From assembly GCA_030747075.1 (NCBI GenBank), contig JASLLL010000013.1:628-64627 (forward strand): DNA of 64,000 nucleotides, in the 5' to 3' direction. This document shows, in pieces, positions 39,234 to 47,578 of this stretch. A program made the translations under genes and the position numbers. A model generated the notes under the pieces. The model ran no database searches. It saw nothing but the letters and a program-made list of their open reading frames with translations, and was not told the origin of the DNA. Position 1 is the first letter of the stretch. Each line of letters begins with the position of its first letter. Origin of the DNA: Gemmatimonadota bacterium (GTDB lineage: Bacteria > ARS69).

Positions 39234-39932
39234 ATGAAGACGATCCAGATTGAAGCAGCGCCCCGGGAGCGGCTCGGGAAGGGCGGAGCCCGTACTCTCC
39301 GCCGCGAGGGGCGCATTCCGGCGGCTCTCTACGGGCAGGGCCGGATGGAGTCGCTGTCCGTGGGACGCAAGGAGTACCTGGAAGCGCTGGCCGAATCCCA
39401 CGGCGACAATGTCCTGTTTGATGTCGTGATCAGTGGCGGCGATCCGCTGCGGGCGATCGTGCGTGAGACCCAGATCGATGTGCTGAGTCGCGAGATCACC
39501 CACCTCGACTTCCACCACATCTCCATGACGGAGAAGATCCGCGTGGCGGTGGCTATTCACCTCACGGGTGAACCCGAGGGCGTGAAGACTTTCGGCGGCG
39601 TGCTGGAGCATGTCACCCGGGAGGTCGAGGTCCTGTGTCTCCCGTCGGACATTCCGTCTCATCTGGAAGTGGATGTCTCGGGGCTCTTGATCGGCGATTC
39701 AGTCCATGTCTCGGACCTCGCCGCGTACGGAGCCGACATCCAGGAGGAATCCGACCGCGTGATTGCCATGGTCGCCGCCCCGACGGTGGTTGAAGAGCCG
39801 ACGGAGGAGGAAGAAGAAGGCGAAGAGGGTGCCGAGGGTGCCGAGGGTGCCGAGGGTGCCGAGGGTGCCGAGGAAGGTGCCGAGAAGGCCGAAGGTGCGG
39901 AGGATTCCGGGGACGATGGGGCGAAGTCCTGA
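39234..39932 (+). CDS. rplY: 50S ribosomal protein bL25/Ctc with acidic tail
   Basis: GKGGARTLRREGRIPAALYG, HLDF, GVKTFGGVL, CLPSDIP, IGDSVHVSDL. Confidence 0.95.
   Translation: MKTIQIEAAPRERLGKGGARTLRREGRIPAALYGQGRMESLSVGRKEYLEALAESHGDNVLFDVVISGGDPLRAIVRETQIDVLSREITHLDFHHISMTEKIRVAVAIHLTGEPEGVKTFGGVLEHVTREVEVLCLPSDIPSHLEVDVSGLLIGDSVHVSDLAAYGADIQEESDRVIAMVAAPTVVEEPTEEEEEGEEGAEGAEGAEGAEGAEEGAEKAEGAEDSGDDGAKS
39825..39869 (+). repeat. 9-bp tandem repeat (GAGGGTGCC)x5 encoding (EGA)5
   Basis: Five perfect copies in the rplY 3' end. Confidence 0.95.
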
Positions 39933-39936
39933 ATCT

Positions 39937-40512
39937 GTGGATTTCATCGTCTTCGGGCTGGGAAATCCGGGCGCGGAATACGCCCGGACCCGGCACAACC
40001 TGGGCGTGATGGTCGTAGACGCGCTGGCCGGGGGTTCCGAAGGAGCGTTCCGTGCGGGCGCGGGCTCCTGGGTGGAGCGTCGCTTTACGGAAGGTCGGCG
40101 AACGGGAGTTCTGGCGCGTTCGCTCTTGTGGATGAATCGGTGCGGGGAGTCGGCGCGTGAGGTTCTGGACTCGCACGCCGTCGCCCCGGAGGACTTTCTG
40201 GCCGTTTCGGATGATCTGGATCTCCCCCTCGGGCGGGTTCGATTTCGTCGGGACGGGGGCGAGGGCGGGCACCGGGGGATTCGCTCGGTGATCGAGGCTT
40301 TGGGAACGGAGGCGTTTCCCCGCTTGAGGCTGGGGATCGGTCGTCCGGAGGTGGAGGCGGCGCGTGCGGGCGTTGTGGAGCATGTGCTGGACGCGTTCCG
40401 GGAAGAGGAGCGCGAGGCGGTCGATCGGACCGTGGCCGTGGCGGTGGATGGTGTCCGGTTTTTCCTTCGGGAGGGCGTGGACGCGGCCATGAACGAGTTC
40501 AACGCCGGCTGA
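39937..40512 (+). CDS. pth: Peptidyl-tRNA hydrolase
   Basis: [53 protein letters not shown]. Confidence 0.95.
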   Translation: MDFIVFGLGNPGAEYARTRHNLGVMVVDALAGGSEGAFRAGAGSWVERRFTEGRRTGVLARSLLWMNRCGESAREVLDSHAVAPEDFLAVSDDLDLPLGRVRFRRDGGEGGHRGIRSVIEALGTEAFPRLRLGIGRPEVEAARAGVVEHVLDAFREEEREAVDRTVAVAVDGVRFFLREGVDAAMNEFNAG

Positions 40513-40533
40513 TGGATTTAGTCGGTTTTCGCG

Positions 40534-40561
40534 GGGACGGGCAGGTTGCGCGTCCCTTTTT
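40534..40561 (+). terminator. Intrinsic terminator-like hairpin between pth and hppA
   Basis: GGGACG-G-GCA-GGT-TGC-G-CGTCCC followed by TTTTT. Confidence 0.6.
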
Positions 40562-40594
40562 CCGAGTGTTCTGAATCGGGGGTTTTTGCACCAC

Positions 40595-42652
40595 ATGAAC
40601 AACCCGTGGTTGATTCCGGCGGCCGGATGTCTGGCTCTCCTGTTTGCCCTATTCAAGGCAAACTGGGTCAATCGGCAGGATCCCGGCAACGAAAAGATGG
40701 TGGAGATCGGGAAAGCGGTTCGTGAAGGAGCCATGGCGTTCCTGGGCCGTGAGTACCGTGTCCTTGGTGTGTTCGTTCTTGTTGTGGCGGGGCTGTTGTT
40801 TCTGGCCTATCGCGGGCAGGGGATGGGGCTGATCGCGCTGTCGTTTGTGGTCGGCGCGCTCTGTTCGGGCGTAGCCGGGTTCATCGGGATGCGCGTGGCG
40901 ACCGCCGCGAACGTCCGCACCACGAACGCGGCCCGCGAGAGTTTGAATGCAGCGCTTGGCGTCGCGTTCAGTGGCGGGACCGTCATGGGGATGGGCGTGG
41001 TCGGGCTGGGGGTCATCGGCCTCGGCGGGCTCTGGATTGCCTATGGCGGATCCGGGGCGGGGGGCAGTGGGCTGGCGGATATCATCCAGAAGCTCACCGG
41101 ATTCAGTCTGGGCGCCTCTTCCATTGCGCTGTTCGCGCGCGTGGGCGGCGGCATCTACACGAAAGCCGCGGATGTGGGCGCGGACCTCGTCGGAAAAGTC
41201 GAGGCGGGCATTCCGGAGGACGACCCCCGGAACCCGGCGACCATTGCGGACAATGTCGGCGACAATGTCGGTGATGTCGCGGGGATGGGCGCGGACCTCT
41301 TCGAGAGCTATGTCGGGTCCATCATCGGCGCCATGGTGCTGGCCACTGCGTTCGGCGCGGCTGCCGGCGTCTATGCCTTCCTGCCGCTGGTTCTCGCAGC
41401 CACGGGGATCATCGCTTCGATCGTCGGGACCTTTCTCGTTCGGACAAAGGAAGGCGGCAACCCGCAGGCGGCCCTCAACACGGGGACCTTCGGCGCGGGC
41501 GCGCTGATGGTTGTGGCATCGTGGTTCGTCATTCCGGCCGTGCTTGGTGGAAGCGCCGGGGGGGAGGGCGCACCGCCCGCGTCCAGCGTCTTCTTCGCGA
41601 CCATTGCCGGGCTCGTCGCCGGAATTCTCGTGGGCCTCTTGACGGAGTACTACACGGCGGAGTCGAAGGGGCCGGCGCGGTCCATCGCGCATGCTTCCGA
41701 GACGGGGAGTGCTACCAACATCATTGCCGGTCTCGGCGTGGGCATGACCTCCACGGCGCTGCCTGTGGTGGTGATCGGGCTGGCCATCCTGGTTTCGCAC
41801 CACCTTGCCGGTCTGTACGGGATTGCGATTGCAGCGCTCGGTATGCTGGCGACCACCGGGATTCAGCTGGCAGTGGACGCGTACGGGCCCATCGCCGACA
41901 ACGCGGGCGGCTGTGCGGAGATGGCGGAACTCCCACCGGAGGTTCGCGGCCGCACGGACAAGCTGGACGCGGTCGGGAATACCACGGCGGCCATCGGGAA
42001 GGGCTTTGCGATCGGGTCCGCGGCGCTGACGGCGCTGGCGCTGTTTGCGTCGTATCAGAAGATCGCGGGAGTGGAGAGCATCGATGTCTCCAAGCCGAAT
42101 GTGATGGCCGGACTCCTGATTGGGGGAATGCTGCCGTACCTTTTCTCCTCCTTCGCGATGAAGGCGGTGGGGAAGGCCGCATTCGACATGATCGAAGAAG
42201 TGCGCCGCCAGTTCCGGGAGATCCCCGGGATTCTGGAAGGGACGGCGCGGCCGGACTACGCGCGTTGCGTGGACATCTCCACGGCGGCGGCCATCAAGCA
42301 GATGGTGGTGCCGGGGCTTCTGGGGATTCTGACGCCGGTGTTCTTCGGGTTGGTCCTGCGAGATGCGGAAATGCTGGCGGGCGTGCTGGCCGGTGTGACC
42401 GTCTCGGGTGTGGTGCTTGCCATCTTCATGGCGAACTCGGGCGGCGCATGGGACAACGCGAAGAAGTACATTGAGGAAGGGGCTCACGGCGGAAAGGGAT
42501 CCGACGCCCACAAGGCGGCGGTGGTTGGCGATACGGTGGGAGATCCTTTCAAGGACACGGCCGGACCTTCGCTGAACATCCTGATCAAGCTGGTCTCCGT
42601 GATCAGCCTGGTTCTTGCGCCGATCATTGCGAAGCTGACCCCGATATTCTAG
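40595..42652 (+). CDS. hppA: Membrane-bound pyrophosphatase, K+-dependent, probably Na+-translocating
   Basis: [41 protein letters not shown] (Ala = K+-dependent), [22 protein letters not shown]. Confidence 0.95.
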   Translation: MNNPWLIPAAGCLALLFALFKANWVNRQDPGNEKMVEIGKAVREGAMAFLGREYRVLGVFVLVVAGLLFLAYRGQGMGLIALSFVVGALCSGVAGFIGMRVATAANVRTTNAARESLNAALGVAFSGGTVMGMGVVGLGVIGLGGLWIAYGGSGAGGSGLADIIQKLTGFSLGASSIALFARVGGGIYTKAADVGADLVGKVEAGIPEDDPRNPATIADNVGDNVGDVAGMGADLFESYVGSIIGAMVLATAFGAAAGVYAFLPLVLAATGIIASIVGTFLVRTKEGGNPQAALNTGTFGAGALMVVASWFVIPAVLGGSAGGEGAPPASSVFFATIAGLVAGILVGLLTEYYTAESKGPARSIAHASETGSATNIIAGLGVGMTSTALPVVVIGLAILVSHHLAGLYGIAIAALGMLATTGIQLAVDAYGPIADNAGGCAEMAELPPEVRGRTDKLDAVGNTTAAIGKGFAIGSAALTALALFASYQKIAGVESIDVSKPNVMAGLLIGGMLPYLFSSFAMKAVGKAAFDMIEEVRRQFREIPGILEGTARPDYARCVDISTAAAIKQMVVPGLLGILTPVFFGLVLRDAEMLAGVLAGVTVSGVVLAIFMANSGGAWDNAKKYIEEGAHGGKGSDAHKAAVVGDTVGDPFKDTAGPSLNILIKLVSVISLVLAPIIAKLTPIF

Positions 42653-42666
42653 TTCTGCACCGGGCG

Positions 42667-42690
42667 CCGGGGGGGCGTGAACCCCTCCGG
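42667..42690 (+). terminator. Stem-loop after hppA
   Basis: CCGGGGGGG-CGTGAA-CCCCTCCGG; no U-tract. Confidence 0.4.
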
Positions 42691-42719
42691 CTGTCCGGGA
42701 GAGTGCCACTTTGACGGGC

Positions 42720-42748
42720 TTGACGACGGCCTGGAGGGCGGGTAGACT
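42720..42748 (+). promoter_or_regulatory. sigma70 promoter of the rpsF operon
   Basis: TTGACG-N17-TAGACT. Confidence 0.7.
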
Positions 42749-42785
42749 GCCTCCCCTTGTGGCAGGATCCGACATTGCAGGCGCA

Positions 42786-42820
42786 TGACCGACCCCCGCG
42801 AAGGGGTCGTTCCCGGGAGG
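42786..42820 (+). promoter_or_regulatory. rpsF leader hairpin, candidate S6:S18 autoregulatory element
   Basis: CGACCCC-CGCGAA-GGGGTCG hairpin just before CCG and the GGAGG SD; position matches known S6:S18 leaders. Confidence 0.4.
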
Positions 42821-42829
42821 AACCCAAGC

Positions 42830-43396
42830 ATGCGAATTTACGAAACGACCTTCATTCTCGTGCCCTCTCTGGAAGAGCAGGGCATCACCGAGGAAGTAGA
42901 CTCCATCAAGGAGTTCATCACTTCCCACGGCGGCGAAGTCACCGAAGAGAAGCTCTGGGGAAGACGCAGGCTGGCCTTCCCGATCCGCAACGCCACCGAA
43001 GGTGTGTACTACATCCTCCGGTTCAGCCTCGATCAGGGGCAGATTCCCGAACTGGAGAGGACCTTCCGACTGAACAGCAATATGCTGCGCTACCTCCTGC
43101 TTGTCAGCGAGGGAACGCCGCTGGACCAGATCGGCCGGGAAAACGAGTCCGAAGAACGCGACAGAGGCTTCCGTGGGCGTGGAGGGTATCGCGACCGCGA
43201 ACGGGGTGGGGATCGAGATCGGGCGAAGTCGGCCGATGCGAAGGAGGACGCACCGTCTTCCGGGAGCACGGAAACCGCAGACTCCGCCGAATCGACCGAA
43301 CCCGTAGCGGAGTCGGCGGACACCGGAGCACCGACTCCGGAGCCCGTGGCGGAACCTGCCACGACCTCTGCGGAAGGGGAGAATAACCATGAGTGA
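42830..43396 (+). CDS. rpsF: 30S ribosomal protein bS6 with long disordered tail
   Basis: MRIYETTFIL, WGRRRLAFPI, GVYY, ELERTFRL...LRYL. Confidence 0.95.
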   Translation: MRIYETTFILVPSLEEQGITEEVDSIKEFITSHGGEVTEEKLWGRRRLAFPIRNATEGVYYILRFSLDQGQIPELERTFRLNSNMLRYLLLVSEGTPLDQIGRENESEERDRGFRGRGGYRDRERGGDRDRAKSADAKEDAPSSGSTETADSAESTEPVAESADTGAPTPEPVAEPATTSAEGENNHE

Positions 43397-43844
43397 ACTG
43401 AAGCTTCCCTCCCTGAACAAAGTCATGATCACAGGTCGGCTCACCCGGGATCCCGAGGTGCGCTATATCCAGACCGGCGTTGCCGTCGCCAAGCTGGGAC
43501 TGGCTTCCAATCGCTACATCCGGGACCGGGACAACGCCAGCGGGTGGAAGGAAGAGACCTGCTTCGTCGATGTCACCGCCTGGCGTGAACTGGCGGAGCG
43601 GTGCGCGGATTCCCTGAAGAAGGGGAGTTCGGTGCTTGTCGAGGGGCGGCTCCAGAGCCGGTCCTGGGAAGACAAGGAGACCGGCAAGAAGCGTACCGGA
43701 CTGGATATTGTCGCGGACCGCGTTCAGTTTCTGGACCGGCGTGGCGATGGACAGAGCGCTCCGGCCTACGCCGGTGGCGGACAGAGCCAATCAGCCGCTC
43801 CGGGGGGTTCGTCCCAGGGCGATGGAGACGACATTCCCTTCTAG
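43389..43844 (+). CDS. ssb: Single-stranded DNA-binding protein
   Basis: LNKVMITGRLTRDPEVRY, LKKGSSVLVEGRLQSRSW, C-terminal DDIPF. Confidence 0.97.
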   Translation: MSELKLPSLNKVMITGRLTRDPEVRYIQTGVAVAKLGLASNRYIRDRDNASGWKEETCFVDVTAWRELAERCADSLKKGSSVLVEGRLQSRSWEDKETGKKRTGLDIVADRVQFLDRRGDGQSAPAYAGGGQSQSAAPGGSSQGDGDDIPF

Positions 43845-43922
43845 ATACTCGAAGACCCCGCATGGTTCCTCCGGCTCCCGGGCCGGAGGGATCGGGTGGG
43901 TCCGCCTGAAGGAGGCAGCAGC

Positions 43923-44150
43923 ATGGGTGATCGCCGCAAGGTGTGCAGGTTTGATCAGGACAGGCTCGGCGCGGTGGACTACAAGGACATCGGTCGCGTC
44001 CGCCGCTATGTGACGGACCGGGGGAAGATTGTTCCCCGGAGGATTACGGGGAACTGCGCGTATCACCAGCGGTCTTTGACCACGGCGATCAAGCGGGCGC
44101 GCTATCTGGCGTTGCTTCCCTCCTCGGCGGAGCACTACCACCACCGGTAG
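43923..44150 (+). CDS. rpsR: 30S ribosomal protein bS18
   Basis: [33 protein letters not shown]; SD AAGGAGG. Confidence 0.96.
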   Translation: MGDRRKVCRFDQDRLGAVDYKDIGRVRRYVTDRGKIVPRRITGNCAYHQRSLTTAIKRARYLALLPSSAEHYHHR

Positions 44151-44162
44151 CCGTCCGAGGGG

Positions 44163-45122
44163 GTGAGGCTGGTGGATCGAAGACTGACGGCTCTGGCGCT
44201 GCTGGCTCCGACGGCCTTTATCGTCGCGGGGGCGGTTCCCGGGCTGGGTTTTCTTCCCTGGCTACTCGTCCCGGCGGCGTCGCTGGCATGGGCCGTCCGC
44301 GTGGGGGCTTTGGGCTGGGCGCTGGCGATGGGTGCGGGGGCACTCGTGGTGGCCGGGCTGATGGGGCCGCGCTTGCCGGAGTTTACGGCGGCGGTCGCGT
44401 CCGGGTGGGTCATCGCGCGTGCACTGGGGCGCGGAAGGTCACCCGGGGAAGCTCTGGTGTGGGCCACCGTCCCCATGGTTCTGCTCGTCTCTCTCTCGAT
44501 TCCGGGAGGGGGCGGGTTGCTGGCCGAGGAAGTTCGCTCGGTGTTGGACGAGCTGCTCCGTGGAGCGGCCGTGCGCGGAGATATTCCCGCGGAGCGGCTG
44601 GACGAACTTCGCGTGGGGGCTGAGGTGGCGCTGGATGTGCTCGGCCGAATCTGGCTGGCCTATCTGGCGACCGTGTTCTGGGGTTTTCTGGCGCTCGGCT
44701 ATGCGGGGGTATCCCGCTGGGTTGGAGGCGGCCGGATTCCACGCCTGCCGCCGCTGGAGCTGTGGCAGGTTCCCGACCGGGTGGTGTGGGCGCTTCTGGT
44801 CGGGCTGGTCCTGGTTCTTCTCCCGATGGACGCGGGGAAGAGCCTGGGCTGGGGGTTGGTGTACCTGGCGGGTTTTGCCTGTGTTCTGCGGGGACTTGCC
44901 GTGCAGGTTTGCTTCCTCCGGAAGCGCGGACTCGGAAGACCGGGACAGCTTGTGGTCCTGGCGGGATTGACAGTGTTCTTCCTGCCTGCCCATCTGGCCG
45001 TGACGACGGGTCTTGGGGTTTTCGACACTTGGTTTGATTTCAGGGGGTTACGCCCCCCCGGTGAGAGGGACAATCCTCTGGGCTTCCTTCGGCGCCCGTC
45101 GAAACGGGACGGTCAAGAATAG
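44163..45122 (+). CDS. DUF2232/YybS-type membrane protein
   Basis: Multi-TM, LRGLAV, LGVFDTWFDFR; usual position between rpsR and rplI. Confidence 0.82.
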   Translation: MRLVDRRLTALALLAPTAFIVAGAVPGLGFLPWLLVPAASLAWAVRVGALGWALAMGAGALVVAGLMGPRLPEFTAAVASGWVIARALGRGRSPGEALVWATVPMVLLVSLSIPGGGGLLAEEVRSVLDELLRGAAVRGDIPAERLDELRVGAEVALDVLGRIWLAYLATVFWGFLALGYAGVSRWVGGGRIPRLPPLELWQVPDRVVWALLVGLVLVLLPMDAGKSLGWGLVYLAGFACVLRGLAVQVCFLRKRGLGRPGQLVVLAGLTVFFLPAHLAVTTGLGVFDTWFDFRGLRPPGERDNPLGFLRRPSKRDGQE

Positions 45123-45132
45123 GGGAGATGAC

Positions 45133-45897
45133 ATGAAGGTCATACTGACGATGGATGTGGAGGAAGTCGGGAGCCGGGGTGAACAGGTCGATGTCGCGGC
45201 CGGATTCGCCCGGAACTACCTGCTTCCGCGTGGCGAAGCGGTTCCGGCAACGCCGGGCAATGTCCGCATGATGGAGGAAGAGCAGCGGCTGACGGATGTC
45301 CGGGGGCAAAGATCGCTCCGGGATGCCGAGAAGGTGGGGTCCTTTCTGGAAGCCACGGATGTCTTTGCCACGCTGAAAATTGGCCGCGAAGGCAGAGCAT
45401 TCGGTTCGGTGACGAGCCAGCAGATTGCCCTTCTTCTGAAGCAGGCCGGAATGGAAGTGGACCGGCGCAAGATCCGTTTGCCGAAGCCCATTCGCCGGCT
45501 TGGCGTGATGGATGTCGCGTTGAACATCCACCCCGATGTGGAGACGGTCGTGACCGTGTTTGTGGATCGCGAGGGCGGTTCCCGCGAAGGCGCTCAGATG
45601 GAGCAGGAGAAGTTCGAGGCCGCGGAGAGAGAGGCCGAAGAGGTCCGGCGGCTGGAGGCCGAGGAGCGTGCTGTTCGGGAGAAAGAGGCCGAGGAGATCA
45701 TGGCCGAGGCAGTCCGCCGCGCCGAGGAGCGCAAGGTCCGTGAAGAAGAGGAAGCCGCTGCCCGGGCAGCTCGAGAGGCGGAATCCAGGGCGACCGTGCC
45801 CGAGGGCGCCGAGGAGTCTGACGGAGAGGAAGCGTCCTCGGACGCGGATTCTCCGGCCAAGACGGAAGAGCCCGCACCGGAGTCCACCGAATCCTGA
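45133..45897 (+). CDS. rplI: 50S ribosomal protein bL9 with long charged C-terminal extension
   Basis: MKVIL, VAAGFARNYLLPRG, FGSVT, DRRKIRLPKPI, IHPDV. Confidence 0.95.
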   Translation: MKVILTMDVEEVGSRGEQVDVAAGFARNYLLPRGEAVPATPGNVRMMEEEQRLTDVRGQRSLRDAEKVGSFLEATDVFATLKIGREGRAFGSVTSQQIALLLKQAGMEVDRRKIRLPKPIRRLGVMDVALNIHPDVETVVTVFVDREGGSREGAQMEQEKFEAAEREAEEVRRLEAEERAVREKEAEEIMAEAVRRAEERKVREEEEAAARAAREAESRATVPEGAEESDGEEASSDADSPAKTEEPAPESTES

Positions 45898-45917
45898 GAA
45901 AGGGCAGGAGGGGTCGG

Positions 45918-47099
45918 ATGTTTATTCCCTGGAGGCGCGCAGCTCTTCCGGCACTGCTGCTCATCTCCGGGTGCTCCGGAGACTCCTCCACGGAGGCGGA
46001 TGACGCAGTGCTCGTCGTGGTCGGGGGCACCCCCATCACCGAGTCTGCGGTCGCTTCGCACTTTGCTGAACTTCCTCCCGACATCCGGGCAGGCCTGCGT
46101 GGCCCTTCGGGTCGGGAAAAGGTCCTTGCCCGCCTCGTGGAAGAGGAACTTCTCTATCGCGGCGCGCTGGATGACGGACTGGAGCAGGATCCACGCGTTG
46201 CCGCCGCGCTGCGGGCCGCTCGCCGGAGCATCCTCTCGCGGGCGTTTCTGGACCGGCGAAGAGACCAGGTGGCACGCGTTTCCGAAGAAGACCTTCGTGC
46301 CTTCTACGACTCCCACAAGGAGGACTACAGCGTTCGGAGAACACTCCGGGTGCGGCAGCTTCTGGTATCCACCCGGGAGAAGGCGGATGAGATCCGGGAG
46401 CAGGTGGTCGCGGGGCAGCTGGACCTAGAGGATGCCTGCTGGCGCCAGAGCGACCATCCTCAGGTGGTTCAGGAACACGGGCTTCTCCCGGAGTGGATTC
46501 GCAAAGGCCGGGCGGTGGGCTGGTTCGGGAATCACCCGCGCTTTCATGAGGTGGTCTTTGAGTTGGCTCCCGGGGAGGTGAGCGAGGTCTTTGAGACCGC
46601 ATTCGGCTTCCATGTCGCCCGGATCGAAGAAGAGCGTCCCGCCAGCACGCGCCCCTTCGAGGCTGCCCGCGCAGATATTCTGGCTCGAATGTCGCAAGAG
46701 CGCATGGGCAAGCTGGTGCCGGATGTCATGGAGGCGCTGCGCGGGGAATACGGCGTGGAGTACCCGGAAGAGCAGGATCCGGAGGCTGGCGTCCGCCGGC
46801 TCTTTGAAGAAGCTCAGGCGGAACCTTCCCCCCGGCGCAGGCTGGCCCTTTACGAACAGCTGGTCGAGGAGTATTCAGGGAGCAGGTACGAGGTCGAGGC
46901 GCTGTTCATGATCGGCTTTATCCTGCGCGAGGAACTCGCGGATGCAAACGGAGCCGAGCGGGCCTTCCGCCGTGTTGTGGAAGAGTTCCCCGAGTCGGAT
47001 CTGGCCGCGTCGGCGCGTTGGCTGCTTTCACCGACAGAGGGAGAGCCTCCTTCCGCAGTCGCAGCGCCACCCCCTCCCGATGAGGAGGATTCGCCATGA
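45918..47099 (+). CDS. PpiC/parvulin-type peptidyl-prolyl isomerase lipoprotein with C-terminal TPR
   Basis: Lipobox ISGC, SurA/PrsA-like N-region, VRQLLV, GEVSEVFETAFGFHV, ALFMIGF..FRRVVEEFPES. Confidence 0.8.
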   Translation: MFIPWRRAALPALLLISGCSGDSSTEADDAVLVVVGGTPITESAVASHFAELPPDIRAGLRGPSGREKVLARLVEEELLYRGALDDGLEQDPRVAAALRAARRSILSRAFLDRRRDQVARVSEEDLRAFYDSHKEDYSVRRTLRVRQLLVSTREKADEIREQVVAGQLDLEDACWRQSDHPQVVQEHGLLPEWIRKGRAVGWFGNHPRFHEVVFELAPGEVSEVFETAFGFHVARIEEERPASTRPFEAARADILARMSQERMGKLVPDVMEALRGEYGVEYPEEQDPEAGVRRLFEEAQAEPSPRRRLALYEQLVEEYSGSRYEVEALFMIGFILREELADANGAERAFRRVVEEFPESDLAASARWLLSPTEGEPPSAVAAPPPPDEEDSP

Positions 47100-47578
47100 T
47101 GGAAGTAAAGGTGTCCGGGCTGGCCATCGACGAGAGGACTCACACGCCCGTCGTTCTCCTGCGTGAAGAGGGTGGCGGAGGAATGCTCCCCATCTGGATC
47201 GGTCCCTCGGAGGCCAGTTCCATTGCGATCGAGCTGGCCGGGCGCAAGTTCCAGCGTCCGCTCACGCACGATCTCCTGAAGACCGTGATCGAAGGACTGA
47301 AGGCGCGCGTCGCCCGCGTGGCGATTGTCGGCTTGCAGGAAAACACCTTTTTCGCGCGCGTGTTTCTGGAACGGGAAGGAGAGCTCCTCTCCATCGACGC
47401 CCGTCCCTCGGACTGCATTGCGCTGGCTCTCAGGAGTTCCTCCCCGATCTTCGTGCGAGAGGAACTTCTTCGCGACGAAGAAGACCTGGCGCCCATGGCA
47501 GAGGAGAAGTCCATGGAGGATCTTCAGCGAAAACTGGAGGACATGGACCCGGAGGAGTTCGGAAAGCTGTGGTCCTAG
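47096..47578 (+). CDS. Bifunctional nuclease (BFN/DUF151) family protein
   Basis: LPIWIGPSEA, RPLTHDL, FFAR, DARPSDCIALA. Confidence 0.92.
   Translation: MMEVKVSGLAIDERTHTPVVLLREEGGGGMLPIWIGPSEASSIAIELAGRKFQRPLTHDLLKTVIEGLKARVARVAIVGLQENTFFARVFLEREGELLSIDARPSDCIALALRSSSPIFVREELLRDEEDLAPMAEEKSMEDLQRKLEDMDPEEFGKLWS

Noticed and set aside
40649-43444. 931-aa minus-strand ORF, and similar long antisense ORFs (7429-9924, 13120-14994, 35785-37722, 51380-53650, 56558-58771)
   Set aside because: Shadow frames opposite well-supported genes or tRNAs; Arg/Pro/His-rich with no motifs, as expected in high-GC DNA.
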